Shown piece after piece: positions 41,422 through 51,493 of a DNA stretch of 64,000 nucleotides. The position numbers and the translations under genes were made by a program. Origin of the DNA: Sedimentisphaerales bacterium (GTDB lineage: Bacteria > Planctomycetota > Phycisphaerae > Sedimentisphaerales > SM23-30); NCBI GenBank assembly GCA_963666285.1, contig OY762711.1; one strand, 5' to 3'. Each line of letters begins with the position of its first letter. Within the stretch, counting starts at the first letter, position 1. Below the pieces are notes generated by a model. The model had not been told where the DNA came from. It did no database searches and saw only the letters and a program-made list of their open reading frames with translations.

Positions 41422-41917
41422 CTCAAACTGACCAATGGTCAGTTTGAGAGGCATAAGAGATAAGGGATATGGCATAAGTGAAGGAAAGCCGCGGCCCTTC
41501 GATGAACTCAGGGCGGGTGGCAAACTAATTTTAATATAATAATCTTAATAGATTATCGAAGAACATATTACAATAACATGCAAATCCCAATCGGTCAGTT
41601 TGAGAGGCATAAGAGATAAGGGATATGGCATAAGTGAAGGAAAGCCGCGGCCCTTCGATGAACTCAGGGCGGGCGGCAAACTAATTTAAATATAATAATC
41701 TTAATAGATTATCGAAGAACATATTACAATAACATGCAAATCCCAATCGGTCAGTTTGAGAGGCATAAGAGATAAGGGATATGGCATAAGTGAAGGAAAG
41801 CCGCGGCCCTTCGATGAACTCAGGGCGGGCGGCAAACTAATTTTAAATATAATAATCTTAATAGATTATCGAAGAACATATTACAATAACATGCAAATCC
41901 CAATCGGGCAGTTTGAA
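41422..41917 (+). repeat. Tandem array of three near-identical 156-157 bp units
   Basis: GG(T/G)CAGTTTGA recurs at 41437, 41593, 41749, 41906; starts with perfect hairpin CTCAAACTGACC-AAT-GGTCAGTTTGAG. Confidence 0.95.
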
Positions 41918-42027
41918 TAAGCAAACCAAACGGCCTTTGGCAGATTTGGTTTAAGTGAAAAATGGTAAATTAAGGTATTCGCTTAAAGCGGAATCTATTA
42001 TAATAGGATTACAAGAGCCCGTAAGTT

Positions 42028-42972
42028 TTAGTTAATATGACTAAGGATAAGGTCAAGAATGGCATCTGCGTATAAAAGCTGACCGGATGCATTGATATGG
42101 ATATCATCTCTATAAAATGAGTTAACTGCCCCGTTATCATCTTTTAACAAAGAACTGAAGTCAAACTTTTCCACATTGTTTTCCTCAGCCCATCCGGCAA
42201 TTTCGAGAAATCCCTGGTCCGGCCCATTTATCAATTCGCTAATAGTCAAATGCTGAACCAGCATCAGGTCAACATTTTTACTTCTAAGAAGAGCCGTCAT
42301 TTGTTTGAAACAATTATGGTTCAATTTGACACATTCATCATAGTCTAACCTTTTCCCAGTTGTATCGAGTGCGGCAGCAGAGATTATCCCTGCCCTGCCA
42401 AGTAACTCGGTAGAGGCACATAACGGTTTGGATGAAGGGAAACTGGTACTGTTGCCGGCAAAAGAAACATTCGGCACATAATCACTGTAATCATGGCTGG
42501 ACATAACCCAAACAGCAATATCAGCGTCAAAAGTGCCAAAATGCCTGATATATTCAAGCTGGTTTTTAGGAGCCCATCCGCCGCAAGATATGTTAGCAAC
42601 AACTACCGGACGTCCGGTAATAGCAGATAATTTACTTTTGATAATTTCAGAGGCCAATTCACCCTGGTCGGTATGTACCCCGCCAGCAATTATACTATCA
42701 CCGATAAGCAAAACTCTTATCTCATTAGAATCAGGTTTATTGGCGGGAAATTCTTCAGATCTCATGCCATAGGAATTATAAAAATAATGATTATGAAGCT
42801 GAGTACCCGACTGAGAAGGTCTGGCCATATAACCAATAGCAGGATGGTCCATAATTAATATTGGATCACCAGCTCCGATAACAAACCTGGCGAATAATTC
42901 CGAACCAACAGCCAATAAAAACATCAAAGAGACGATTGCTAATAATTTATTCCGCTTAAAAAGATTTTTCAT
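42028..42972 (-). CDS. SGNH/GDSL hydrolase family protein with N-terminal anchor
   Basis: NSYGMR, IGDS, DDIHINASG (DxH); ATG at 42972. Confidence 0.85.
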   Translation of the reverse strand: MKNLFKRNKLLAIVSLMFLLAVGSELFARFVIGAGDPILIMDHPAIGYMARPSQSGTQLHNHYFYNSYGMRSEEFPANKPDSNEIRVLLIGDSIIAGGVHTDQGELASEIIKSKLSAITGRPVVVANISCGGWAPKNQLEYIRHFGTFDADIAVWVMSSHDYSDYVPNVSFAGNSTSFPSSKPLCASTELLGRAGIISAAALDTTGKRLDYDECVKLNHNCFKQMTALLRSKNVDLMLVQHLTISELINGPDQGFLEIAGWAEENNVEKFDFSSLLKDDNGAVNSFYRDDIHINASGQLLYADAILDLILSHIN

Positions 42973-43216
42973 TACCGATTTTCCCGTACTGAGCTGCCCA
43001 TCAACAGCACAGAACAAAATCATATTGAAAAACCACAACTCTATAATGAAGTGTCGTATTTAAAATGGCTTAAGTCAAGGTCCTATAAGCAAAATATAGC
43101 TAATATCAGTATTATTAAAGCGGAATAAAACTAACAAATAGAAAAAGCAGGAAATGTCCGTCAGAAGTGGTACTGCCAGAATAAACAGAAAAAAACGGCC
43201 ATATCAGTATTGATAT

Positions 43217-43251
43217 AAAAAAGCCTCACGGGAAGAACCCCCGCGAGGCTT
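43217..43251 (-). terminator. Intrinsic terminator of the peroxiredoxin gene
   Basis: AAGCCTCGCGGG..CCCGTGAGGC-TTTTTT on the minus strand. Confidence 0.7.
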
Positions 43252-43372
43252 GCAGTCAGGAGGAAATCAAATTTGTTCATCAAGTTATTGAAATAGTACC
43301 AAATGCACAAAAACTGATTAAATCTGTTCGCTTTTGCGAACGAATGTTTAGAAAATTTTGTTATTAGTCATT

Positions 43373-43960
43373 TTAGGAAGCGTCTTTGAAAAACTCTTTG
43401 AGCCCTTCATCGTCAGCTTTCATAGATTTATCGCCCTTACTCCAGTTAGCCGGGCAAACTTCGCCATTAGCTTCAAAGAACTGGAGAGCATCAACCATAC
43501 GTATAGCTTCGTCAACATTTCTGCCAAGAGGAAGGTTGTTAACTACCTGATGCTGGACAACACCATCTTTGTCGATTAGGAAGAACCCGCGAAGAGCGAC
43601 GCCGGCATCTTCCAGAAGGACATCATACTCTTTAGAGATGTTTTTAGTGATGTCAGCAACGATCGGATATTTAACACCTTCGATACCACCTTGCTTTTTA
43701 GGAGTATTCAACCAGGCGAAGTGCGAATAGTGAGAGTCAACACTTACGCCAATAACTTCAACATTTCTTTTTTCAAATTCCGCATATTTATCCTGAAAGG
43801 CATGAAGCTCAGTCGGGCAAACAAAAGTAAAGTCAAGCGGGTAGAAGAACAAAGCAACATATTTCCCTTTATAATCAGACAGTTTCAAAGTTTTGAATTG
43901 ACCATCAACAACCGCTTGTGCTTCGAAATCAGGTGCAGGTTTATTAACCAATACGCTCAT
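43373..43960 (-). CDS. ahpC: Typical 2-Cys peroxiredoxin
   Basis: [13 protein letters not shown] and GEVCPANW. Confidence 0.95.
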   Translation of the reverse strand: MSVLVNKPAPDFEAQAVVDGQFKTLKLSDYKGKYVALFFYPLDFTFVCPTELHAFQDKYAEFEKRNVEVIGVSVDSHYSHFAWLNTPKKQGGIEGVKYPIVADITKNISKEYDVLLEDAGVALRGFFLIDKDGVVQHQVVNNLPLGRNVDEAIRMVDALQFFEANGEVCPANWSKGDKSMKADDEGLKEFFKDAS

Positions 43961-44029
43961 AATTAATCTCCATTTTTAATTTAGTAGTTTAGTTTTATAT
44001 ATTCCTATATTCCATTCACTTATCAAGCG

Positions 44030-44059
44030 ATTATAGAAGGCTTAAAAATGGATAGTCAA
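44030..44059 (-). promoter_or_regulatory. Sigma70-type promoter of the peroxiredoxin gene
   Basis: TTGACT-N18-TATAAT on the minus strand. Confidence 0.55.
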
Positions 44060-44194
44060 AAATATAGCAATAATTTTGAAGATTTTTATGAGCCTGGCCA
44101 ACGATACCATAATGTCCCATAAATTTAGCATTTACAGGGCATTAAAATATAATTACTGCTCAAATACATTATCAGCTATGGTATTGATAATTGA

Positions 44195-45610
44195 TTAGTC
44201 TTTGATATTTAGTGGATCGTTCATTTTCAGACACAGTTCGGTGAGGGCTTTGGTCATATCTTTAAGTCTGTCTGAGCAATCCGGGTTAGCGGCGAGATCT
44301 TTCATTTCCTGCGGATCATCGTACAGATTGTATAGCCGTTTGACTTTAATGCCGGGGTAGTATATCAACTTCCAGCCATCACGGACAACCATTCGCTGGC
44401 GGTTCATATATGCACCGTAAATTTCCTTGTAATGACTCTTTGTTTCGCCGCGAATTAACGGCATAAGACTTTGGAAACTAACCTGGTCTGCGGAAGCCCC
44501 GGCAAGATCCAGGACAGTTGCCATAGCATCCTGCAGATATATAGGAGTGTCGATTGTTGTGCCGGGTTTGAGTTTCGGACCAACGATGAGAAATGGCACC
44601 CGCATGCTGTGCTCGTACATATTCTGCTTGCCGCATAAGCCGTGGTGGCCGACAGCGAGGCCATGATCAGCGGTAAAGAAAATATAAGTATTGTCAGCTT
44701 TACCGGATTTCTCCAGGGCATCAAGGATACGCCCGATCTGAGTATCAGTATGAGTTATCAGGGCGTAATATTCCTGACGATTGACCTTGACCGCATATTC
44801 AGTCCTGGGGTACGGCATAAGTGTTTCATCGCGTAAGTCTTTGCCACAAATCGCTTCTGCATATGGATACTCAGGTAGAAAGTTTTGCGGAAGCTGCACA
44901 CGTTCGAGCGGATACATGTCAACATATTGCTGAGGCGACTGCCGCGGGTCGTGAGGAGCATTAAAGGCCAGGTACATAAAGAAAGGATCGTCCTGAGCTG
45001 ATGCCTGCTCGATGAACTCAATGCCATCGTCGGCAAGTACCTCACTCCAATGTTTGCCGCCCTTCCAATACCCTTCATTTTTAGTATCCCACGGTTTCCA
45101 TCCGGCCTCATAATCTTCCAGGTCCTTTGGTCGGTTATATCCCTGCGGGGTCTGATTGGGCATACCCGGTCGTTCATGCTTTACGGTATCAAAAACATTA
45201 TTTACTTTAGTAAAAACATGCCATTTGCCGCTCATGTACGTATGATAGCCAGCATCTTTCATTCGCTGGGACCACATACGTTTATTTTTAACGTGTTTGC
45301 CCAAATTGGCAGCTTTGGCATCCCAAACGAAATACCCGGTATTGAGCATTTTGCGACTGGCAACACAAACAGCCCCACCCCAGGCGCCCATATTATATGA
45401 ATGTGAGAAAGTAACACCCCGTTCTGCCAGTTTGTCAAGGTTGGGAGTATCGATGTCGAGATGGTTGAACGCACCGATAGTTTCATAGCTCAGATCATCG
45501 GCAAAGATGAACAATATGTTTGGCTTTTTGCCGACAGTATCAGCATGCAGTAAATTTGTCAGAATTGATAAGCAAATAACAGTTAAAGTGATTAATCTCA
45601 CAGGTTTCAT
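44195..45610 (-). CDS. Sulfatase (S1 family), secreted
   Basis: PNILFIFADD, TPNLDKLA, CVASR, GKWH, APHDP, ADHG, KQNMYE. Confidence 0.93.
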   Translation of the reverse strand: MKPVRLITLTVICLSILTNLLHADTVGKKPNILFIFADDLSYETIGAFNHLDIDTPNLDKLAERGVTFSHSYNMGAWGGAVCVASRKMLNTGYFVWDAKAANLGKHVKNKRMWSQRMKDAGYHTYMSGKWHVFTKVNNVFDTVKHERPGMPNQTPQGYNRPKDLEDYEAGWKPWDTKNEGYWKGGKHWSEVLADDGIEFIEQASAQDDPFFMYLAFNAPHDPRQSPQQYVDMYPLERVQLPQNFLPEYPYAEAICGKDLRDETLMPYPRTEYAVKVNRQEYYALITHTDTQIGRILDALEKSGKADNTYIFFTADHGLAVGHHGLCGKQNMYEHSMRVPFLIVGPKLKPGTTIDTPIYLQDAMATVLDLAGASADQVSFQSLMPLIRGETKSHYKEIYGAYMNRQRMVVRDGWKLIYYPGIKVKRLYNLYDDPQEMKDLAANPDCSDRLKDMTKALTELCLKMNDPLNIKD

Positions 45611-45664
45611 AATATAAACAACCTTTAAAACAGTCTAAACAGGAACATTAAAAACTAAAGTGTA

Positions 45665-46363
45665 CTAATTAGCTCCACCAGAGCTAAACAGGAAAAAGAA
45701 TACATCAAAATAGACCATATGTGCCTGGCCAAAAAGATCATTCAGTTTCGGATCGATCTGCTTGAGTATTTTATCATGAGTTTCCTGGTCCATGCCTTTT
45801 AGAGCCTCACGGGTATAATTAAATAGATCCTGATTATTATCGCCGCTATTATTCATATCCCGAATTCTCTTTATGACATCTTCCGGAATAATTTTTGAAG
45901 GATTGCCGGCTTCCACTTCTGAAACAACAACGCCGGAAACCAGTTTATTGATATAAGAATATTCATCAAAAGACATTTTATTGTTTTCAAGCTGACTAAT
46001 CAATGTATCAAATACCCTGGTACTTGACCCGGCAATAGTATCAGACATTTTCATCAAATCGCTAAAGCCAAAATCGCCATCAGCAAACAAATTATAAAGC
46101 TCAGTCTGGGTAAGAGTTTCATTTGCCGCATTTCTGACGGAAGAATAAATATCAAAACGAGTCGGCTCAAGAATGAACCCTTCCGGCTGAGTAAAGGAAT
46201 AAGCCAGATTCAGCCTTTCAGCTTCCTGCTTGACATGCAAAGTCAGTTTTTCCATTTCCTTAGCCATGGTAACAAAGTTTTTTGCAACCTTTCCAATGAA
46301 AAATACGACACCACCAACGAGAACAATAAAAATGATAATTGAGATAAGACAACCTTTTTTCAT
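45665..46363 (-). CDS. Hypothetical membrane-anchored protein
   Basis: MKKGCL plus a hydrophobic N-terminal helix; AAAGGG RBS. Confidence 0.75.
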   Translation of the reverse strand: MKKGCLISIIIFIVLVGGVVFFIGKVAKNFVTMAKEMEKLTLHVKQEAERLNLAYSFTQPEGFILEPTRFDIYSSVRNAANETLTQTELYNLFADGDFGFSDLMKMSDTIAGSSTRVFDTLISQLENNKMSFDEYSYINKLVSGVVVSEVEAGNPSKIIPEDVIKRIRDMNNSGDNNQDLFNYTREALKGMDQETHDKILKQIDPKLNDLFGQAHMVYFDVFFFLFSSGGAN

Positions 46364-46568
46364 AATAAATCCCTTTCAAAATAAAGCATAAGTCTATGTT
46401 TACCAAGTAAATAAATTTTAAATACAATTTAATATTCAACCAAATCAAGCTTTCTAAAAAGATTATACATATTTTTAGTAATAACACCAGAAATGGTTAC
46501 AAAAAATGTAAAGCCAGCGGAAAATACAAACTTAATTGAACCAACTTGCGGCATAAGCAAATAGAACA

Positions 46569-46597
46569 TTGACAGTGGAATTGCAGTTACCTATCAT
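46569..46597 (+). promoter_or_regulatory. Sigma70-type promoter
   Basis: TTGACA-N17-TATCAT. Confidence 0.6.
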
Positions 46598-46673
46598 AGG
46601 TATGCTTAGAGCAAGTTATGAAAGATCGGATTTGCCTGATCGTCATTAAAATCATCAAGAAAAGGAAATAATT

Positions 46674-47360
46674 ATGAAAAAGATCATTGTCTGTATTCTG
46701 GCGTTATTTATGTCATCGTGCCAAATGAGCCAGCAAAGTAAAACTGCAAGTTTATTTAACGGCAAGGATTTAGACGGCTGGCATGCGGATGTGCCCGAGA
46801 TGGATAAAAATCCTGATGCCAGAAACCCGTTTGTTGTGCGTGATGGAATGCTTGTGAGCCTGGGCAGCCCTGGCGGGCATTTGATAACAGATGCGGTTTA
46901 TGAGAATTATCAGCTGGAAGTGGAATATCGTTTTTCCGCCAAGCCGGGCAACTGCGGAGTGCTGGTGCACAGCTCTACCCCGCGCAGGCTATACGGGATG
47001 TTTCCCCAGTCGCTGGAGGTGCAGATGCAGAGTAAGGATGCCGGGGATTTCTGGTGTATAGGTGAGGATATAACCGTAGAGAATATGGTAGAACGTCGCG
47101 GACCGAAAGAAAAATGGGGTACAGACGGCGCTAAGCTTCGCCGGATAATTAACCTTACTGACGGTTCAGAAAAGCCGGTTGGTGAATGGAATACCATGCT
47201 GATAAAATGCCTGGGAGATAAGATCAAGGTGTGGGTAAACGGCGACCTTGTAAATTACGGCTGGGACTGTACCACAAGCAAAGGTCAGATAGCGATCCAG
47301 GCAGAAGGTTCTGAAGTAGAATTCAGGAAGCTGGAATTGACACCAATAACCGAGCTATAA
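46674..47360 (+). CDS. DUF1080 (3-keto-disaccharide hydrolase family) lipoprotein
   Basis: SLFNGKDLDGW, GNCG, EVQ, GEWN, VWVNG, GQIAIQAEG..VEFR. Confidence 0.9.
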   Translation: MKKIIVCILALFMSSCQMSQQSKTASLFNGKDLDGWHADVPEMDKNPDARNPFVVRDGMLVSLGSPGGHLITDAVYENYQLEVEYRFSAKPGNCGVLVHSSTPRRLYGMFPQSLEVQMQSKDAGDFWCIGEDITVENMVERRGPKEKWGTDGAKLRRIINLTDGSEKPVGEWNTMLIKCLGDKIKVWVNGDLVNYGWDCTTSKGQIAIQAEGSEVEFRKLELTPITEL

Positions 47361-47434
47361 ACAGAATAAGCTGGACTTATCAGTTCAGTAATGCAGGTTT
47401 TAAAAGAAAACAGGCTCGTTTGAATGGTATACTG

Positions 47435-48961
47435 CTATTCGAACGGGCCTATATTTATTTTATCGCCAACAGGTTTGCCGGTGTAGTCTTTGCCCTCATT
47501 ATTGGTAACTTTTGTTCCGGCATCAATACAGGGAGAGTCCGGGGCGAGTTTGAAGGCGTCGAGATTCCATTTACCATTTATTTTTTTGACGGCATCGACG
47601 AATTTCGGATCTGACAGGATTGCCTTTTGGTCATCGGGCAGGTTTTCAAACTCACCAGAATACAGATTATTGATAAAGTTATTTTCAGACGATTCTTTCC
47701 AGACGAAATCATGCTTTTGGTCAGCTACAATTATATTGTTGGCAAAAAATGTATCCTGAGGGAACGGTCCGCCCCAGTTGTCCATCTCGATAATGGTGCG
47801 ATCAATTTTATCGTTTGGCTTTTTAGGGATATAAATCAGATTGTTGTATATCCTGGTTCTTTTCACAGGCCCTGAGATATGGAAAATGGGCGAGAACCCG
47901 GCGGCATAGCCGACGTCACGCAGGCCATCGTTTAAGCTTATATTGTACCGGACAATAGTGTCATTATTGATAGCAGACCGCCTGTCGGCAGCTCCGTTAC
48001 AGCATATCAACAGAAACCCACCTTCGTTATCGTGGCTGAAATTGTACTGTATAATTGTGCCGTTACAGTTCCAGTCGGAATCGAAACCCTGCCCGTCCCA
48101 GCAAGCCTTATGGTCGGACACTTCATTATACTGGATGACGGTATTATCAGAAGACCAGGGCCATATGCCGGCGGCAGCATCGCCTTTTTTGAGCATACGA
48201 GGACAGTCTTTCATAACGTTATGTTCGATAAGGGCACCATCGCAGCCGATCGGGACAATGCCATCACCGGGTATGCCGATGAGGGTGTTATTACGAACGA
48301 TAACGTTCAGGCTTGGATACCAGTCTCTGCGGTTGGTATAGCCGTCTGAATTTATGCCGTTGCGGGTACAGTCTTTGAGCAGGCAGTTTTCGATGATGAG
48401 TCCGTCGAAACGCGATTTGACCTTGCGGCCGCCGTTCTGCCAGATAATTGCAGAGCCTCCGCCTTCGGCTTTGATAATACTGCCGTTGACATCGTGGATA
48501 AAGAGATTGCTGACCGTTATGCCTTTGGCGGTGCCATAGTCGTTGATCCGGATTTTCAGGCCGCGACGCCTGGGTTTCGGTTCTGGTCCGGTATTGGTGA
48601 TTTCCAGACCGTCAAGATGCAGGTATCCGGTATTATAGATAAGGACGGTTTCTTCGAACAGGCCCTGTCCGTTGAATTGAGGCTTTGAGGAATCCTCAGG
48701 TCCATAGGACCCGATATAGACAGGAGCATCCTGGGAACCCTGGCCTTGAGGGGCAAAATGGCCGTTGTATACACTGCCGGTTTTGAAAAACATTTTGTCG
48801 CCGGGAGCAAGGATGATGCTATTGGCTTTTTCCAGAGACTGCATAGGCATATCGACAGTCCCCGGGTTGGAATCAAGTCCGTTCCGGCTGCAGAAATGAT
48901 AGTCGCGGGCATAGAGAGTAAGCGAAACATATAGAATTATGATAGTAATTTTTCTTTTCAT
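47435..48961 (-). CDS. Secreted right-handed parallel beta-helix protein
   Basis: NGLDSNPGT..P..SL, PGD, AAGIWPW, DGQGFDSD, IQYNFSHDNEGG, SPCIDAG; ATG at 48961 with AGGAG RBS. Confidence 0.85.
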   Translation of the reverse strand: MKRKITIIILYVSLTLYARDYHFCSRNGLDSNPGTVDMPMQSLEKANSIILAPGDKMFFKTGSVYNGHFAPQGQGSQDAPVYIGSYGPEDSSKPQFNGQGLFEETVLIYNTGYLHLDGLEITNTGPEPKPRRRGLKIRINDYGTAKGITVSNLFIHDVNGSIIKAEGGGSAIIWQNGGRKVKSRFDGLIIENCLLKDCTRNGINSDGYTNRRDWYPSLNVIVRNNTLIGIPGDGIVPIGCDGALIEHNVMKDCPRMLKKGDAAAGIWPWSSDNTVIQYNEVSDHKACWDGQGFDSDWNCNGTIIQYNFSHDNEGGFLLICCNGAADRRSAINNDTIVRYNISLNDGLRDVGYAAGFSPIFHISGPVKRTRIYNNLIYIPKKPNDKIDRTIIEMDNWGGPFPQDTFFANNIIVADQKHDFVWKESSENNFINNLYSGEFENLPDDQKAILSDPKFVDAVKKINGKWNLDAFKLAPDSPCIDAGTKVTNNEGKDYTGKPVGDKINIGPFE

Positions 48962-49047
48962 AGCTGCTCCTGTCAAAAACTTCAATTCAATATCAAGTGT
49001 TTCCATTATTGTAAGACAATGAAGTCAAATAATTAAGCAAAAAACAG

Positions 49048-50376
49048 CTATTTAGTTACTGCCTGTGCCAGCTTTCTTTGCGGGTTATGGACGGTTAAAG
49101 CTGGGATAATACATAATACCGGAATGATAATTGAAATAATAGTAACGGTTTTGAAACTACCGGTAAGATCTTTAAGAAAGCTGAACGCAATAGGAGCAAT
49201 AGAGCTGGCAAATACCAGAATAGACATAGTAAGCCCACTGATAGAGCCAAGGTGTTTACGGCCATAATACCTGGGCCAAACAACCGTAAGCATAATTCCG
49301 AAGAGAGCTCCAGAAATAGAATATCCGGCAATAAAGAAATTACGGAAAAGATCAGCTGAAAAATTGAATAACCCCAGAGCCAAAACAATCTGGCCGAGAA
49401 CCATAACCAGCAACAGCCATTTCAGCCTAATGCGGTCACTGAGTCTTCCGCCAATAAAAACAGTACAAGCACTAACAATAGCAATTGGCGTAAAAACCGA
49501 AAGACTATGCTCGCGGTCGATACCAAACTGCTCGCCAATGGAAGTCATATGAAACGAAACAGCCGTCATAATAAATGACTGCCAGCCGGTAACAAAAGCA
49601 TATATCCAAAACTCTTTAGTCCTGAGAGCTTCAGACCTAGTAAACTCTTTCACCGTTTCAGGCAGGTTAGAACGAGACATTTTTTTGCTATCGAAATTCG
49701 CTACCCCATCCATTACCAATCCACATTGTTCGGGATTGTCGCGGTAGAAAGTCCACCCGACAGCCGCCATTCCCAGCCCCATAAACAGCGCCAGAAGCCA
49801 ATAGGCCTGCTGCCAGCCAACACCTACAACTAAATAATTGAGCATAGCGGGCGAACCATTGAAAGCTGCGGCTACAAGTATGCTGGAAATGCCTGATGCC
49901 AGACCTCGCCGATGGTTAAACCATTTGCCGACAGTAATCCTGGAAACAAGAGTAAGGCACCCCTGTCCAAAAAAACGAATAATAAGAAACAAGACCGCCG
50001 CAACGATAAGAACAAGAGTCTGGTTATTGAGTAATTTTGCAAACCAGGGAGCACAAGACAATAGGCACAGCCCCCCAGCAAGCCCAAGAGAACTGATAAC
50101 GACAAAAATTCGCGACCCGAGACGGTCTATGTATGAACCGGCAAAAGGCAGGATAAAGCTGCTGGTAAGAGTACCAAACATATATGCCAGACTAAGTTGA
50201 GTGCGTGAAAGAGAATATGCGGCTATAAGGCTATCAGTAAAAGCACTCACTCCGATAGTCTGGCCAGGTATGCTGGCAACCATCCCAATTGTAGTAACAG
50301 CGACAATAACCCATCCGTAAAAAAAAGGAAACTTTTGGGGTGAAAAAGGTATGTCGGCCCAGTTGTTTTTGTTCAT
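49048..50376 (-). CDS. MFS transporter
   Basis: FFYGWVIV, GSYIDRLGSR, WF..RRGLA, GRLSDR, YYGRKHLGSI; ATG at 50376. Confidence 0.9.
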   Translation of the reverse strand: MNKNNWADIPFSPQKFPFFYGWVIVAVTTIGMVASIPGQTIGVSAFTDSLIAAYSLSRTQLSLAYMFGTLTSSFILPFAGSYIDRLGSRIFVVISSLGLAGGLCLLSCAPWFAKLLNNQTLVLIVAAVLFLIIRFFGQGCLTLVSRITVGKWFNHRRGLASGISSILVAAAFNGSPAMLNYLVVGVGWQQAYWLLALFMGLGMAAVGWTFYRDNPEQCGLVMDGVANFDSKKMSRSNLPETVKEFTRSEALRTKEFWIYAFVTGWQSFIMTAVSFHMTSIGEQFGIDREHSLSVFTPIAIVSACTVFIGGRLSDRIRLKWLLLVMVLGQIVLALGLFNFSADLFRNFFIAGYSISGALFGIMLTVVWPRYYGRKHLGSISGLTMSILVFASSIAPIAFSFLKDLTGSFKTVTIISIIIPVLCIIPALTVHNPQRKLAQAVTK

Positions 50377-50397
50377 AATAAATATACGTTTTCCATA

Positions 50398-50487
50398 AGT
50401 ACGGTTTAGCTTCGCATCATATACATGAGAAACTTTTGACAGTTCAACATTACACACAAAGGTCTTTGCAAGGCTTTGTGAATAAAA
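50398..50487 (+). repeat. Dispersed repeat copy 6 (left half)
   Basis: AGTACGGTTTAGCTTCGCATCATATACATGA..CTTTTGACAGTTCAACATTACACACAAAGG. Confidence 0.85.
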
Positions 50488-50670
50488 GCAAACGTCATAT
50501 TATAGCTGGAGAAATAAAGATATAACAGCGTATTTATCCGAATATCAAAACCATGGCAAAAAGTTGCCAAATGCGCAACCATGTGATATAATATATATGA
50601 GAGACATATGGTATATTAGTGTACAAAAAGGCTAATTGCTTTGATACTAATATTTTACGAAGGGTAAGCT

Positions 50671-50970
50671 ATGGCAAAACAAGAACTTGGCAGAATTGTT
50701 AAGCGATACATAGAACAAGGTATGACAACAATTGATACAGCCACATATGTGCTAAAGCAAAACAGGAATTTACGAACAACTTGTAACCTAACATGTGTCG
50801 CTAATATAAGTAAACACTTGAGCATACTGGTCTATTTTGACAAAGCTATTGAAAAACCTGCGTTTTCATTGGATTTTGGGTCAATAATAAACCAGATTGA
50901 AACCAGTATTTATCAGGTTCAATGTTCAACAATGAGTTTATCAGAAAACTGCCTCTCAGAAAATAAATAA
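50671..50970 (+). CDS. Hypothetical protein (99 aa)
   Basis: ATG with AAGGG RBS; apparently co-transcribed with the HTH gene. Confidence 0.55.
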   Translation: MAKQELGRIVKRYIEQGMTTIDTATYVLKQNRNLRTTCNLTCVANISKHLSILVYFDKAIEKPAFSLDFGSIINQIETSIYQVQCSTMSLSENCLSENK

Positions 50971-50985
50971 TACAGGAGAGTTATC

Positions 50986-51333
50986 ATGGCAGAAAAAAAC
51001 AATGTATTATTAAAAGCTACCCAGGATATAGTCCTTGAGCTTAAAAAAAGGAATATACCGCAGATTGAAATTGCGCGCATAACCGAAAAGAATAAGGGTA
51101 CTATTTCTAAAATTTTTAACGGTAAGTATGCATTTACACTGGATGATTTATCTGCAATATCATGCGAATTACACATACCCGTAATTTCACATATTTCAAA
51201 ACATGTATACAGTAATCTTACCCCATATCTAAAGAAGCTGCTAAAGGCCCTGGAACAAGCAGATGAAACATTTGCCAGCACCATGGAAGAACTGGATGCC
51301 ATAAAAAAAGAAGCCGGGAAAGCGGCATCGTAG
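50986..51333 (+). CDS. XRE/Cro-like helix-turn-helix protein
   Basis: QIEIARITEKNKGTISKIFNGK..TLDDL; AGGAG RBS. Confidence 0.8.
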   Translation: MAEKNNVLLKATQDIVLELKKRNIPQIEIARITEKNKGTISKIFNGKYAFTLDDLSAISCELHIPVISHISKHVYSNLTPYLKKLLKALEQADETFASTMEELDAIKKEAGKAAS

Positions 51334-51493
51334 TTAGATATATCAAATAAAGCACACAAATATTTTCACATGGAAACTCTTATCCATCGGTCGCACGATC
51401 TATATACCAATAGCTGCACGCTTATCTATTGAAACATATCGATTCTATATGTTTTACCTGAAACTGGTGAAGTAGTAATACTAGAGCAATAAA

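Noticed and set aside
41422..41917. CRISPR array
   Set aside because: Whole 156-bp units are near-identical; no variable spacers and no cas genes
40870..50457. ORF-track N-terminal extensions of trmO (40870), the SGNH gene (43038), the beta-helix gene (49006) and the MFS gene (50457)
   Set aside because: They run into repeat or intergenic DNA; downstream ATGs fit the family N-termini and, where visible, an RBS
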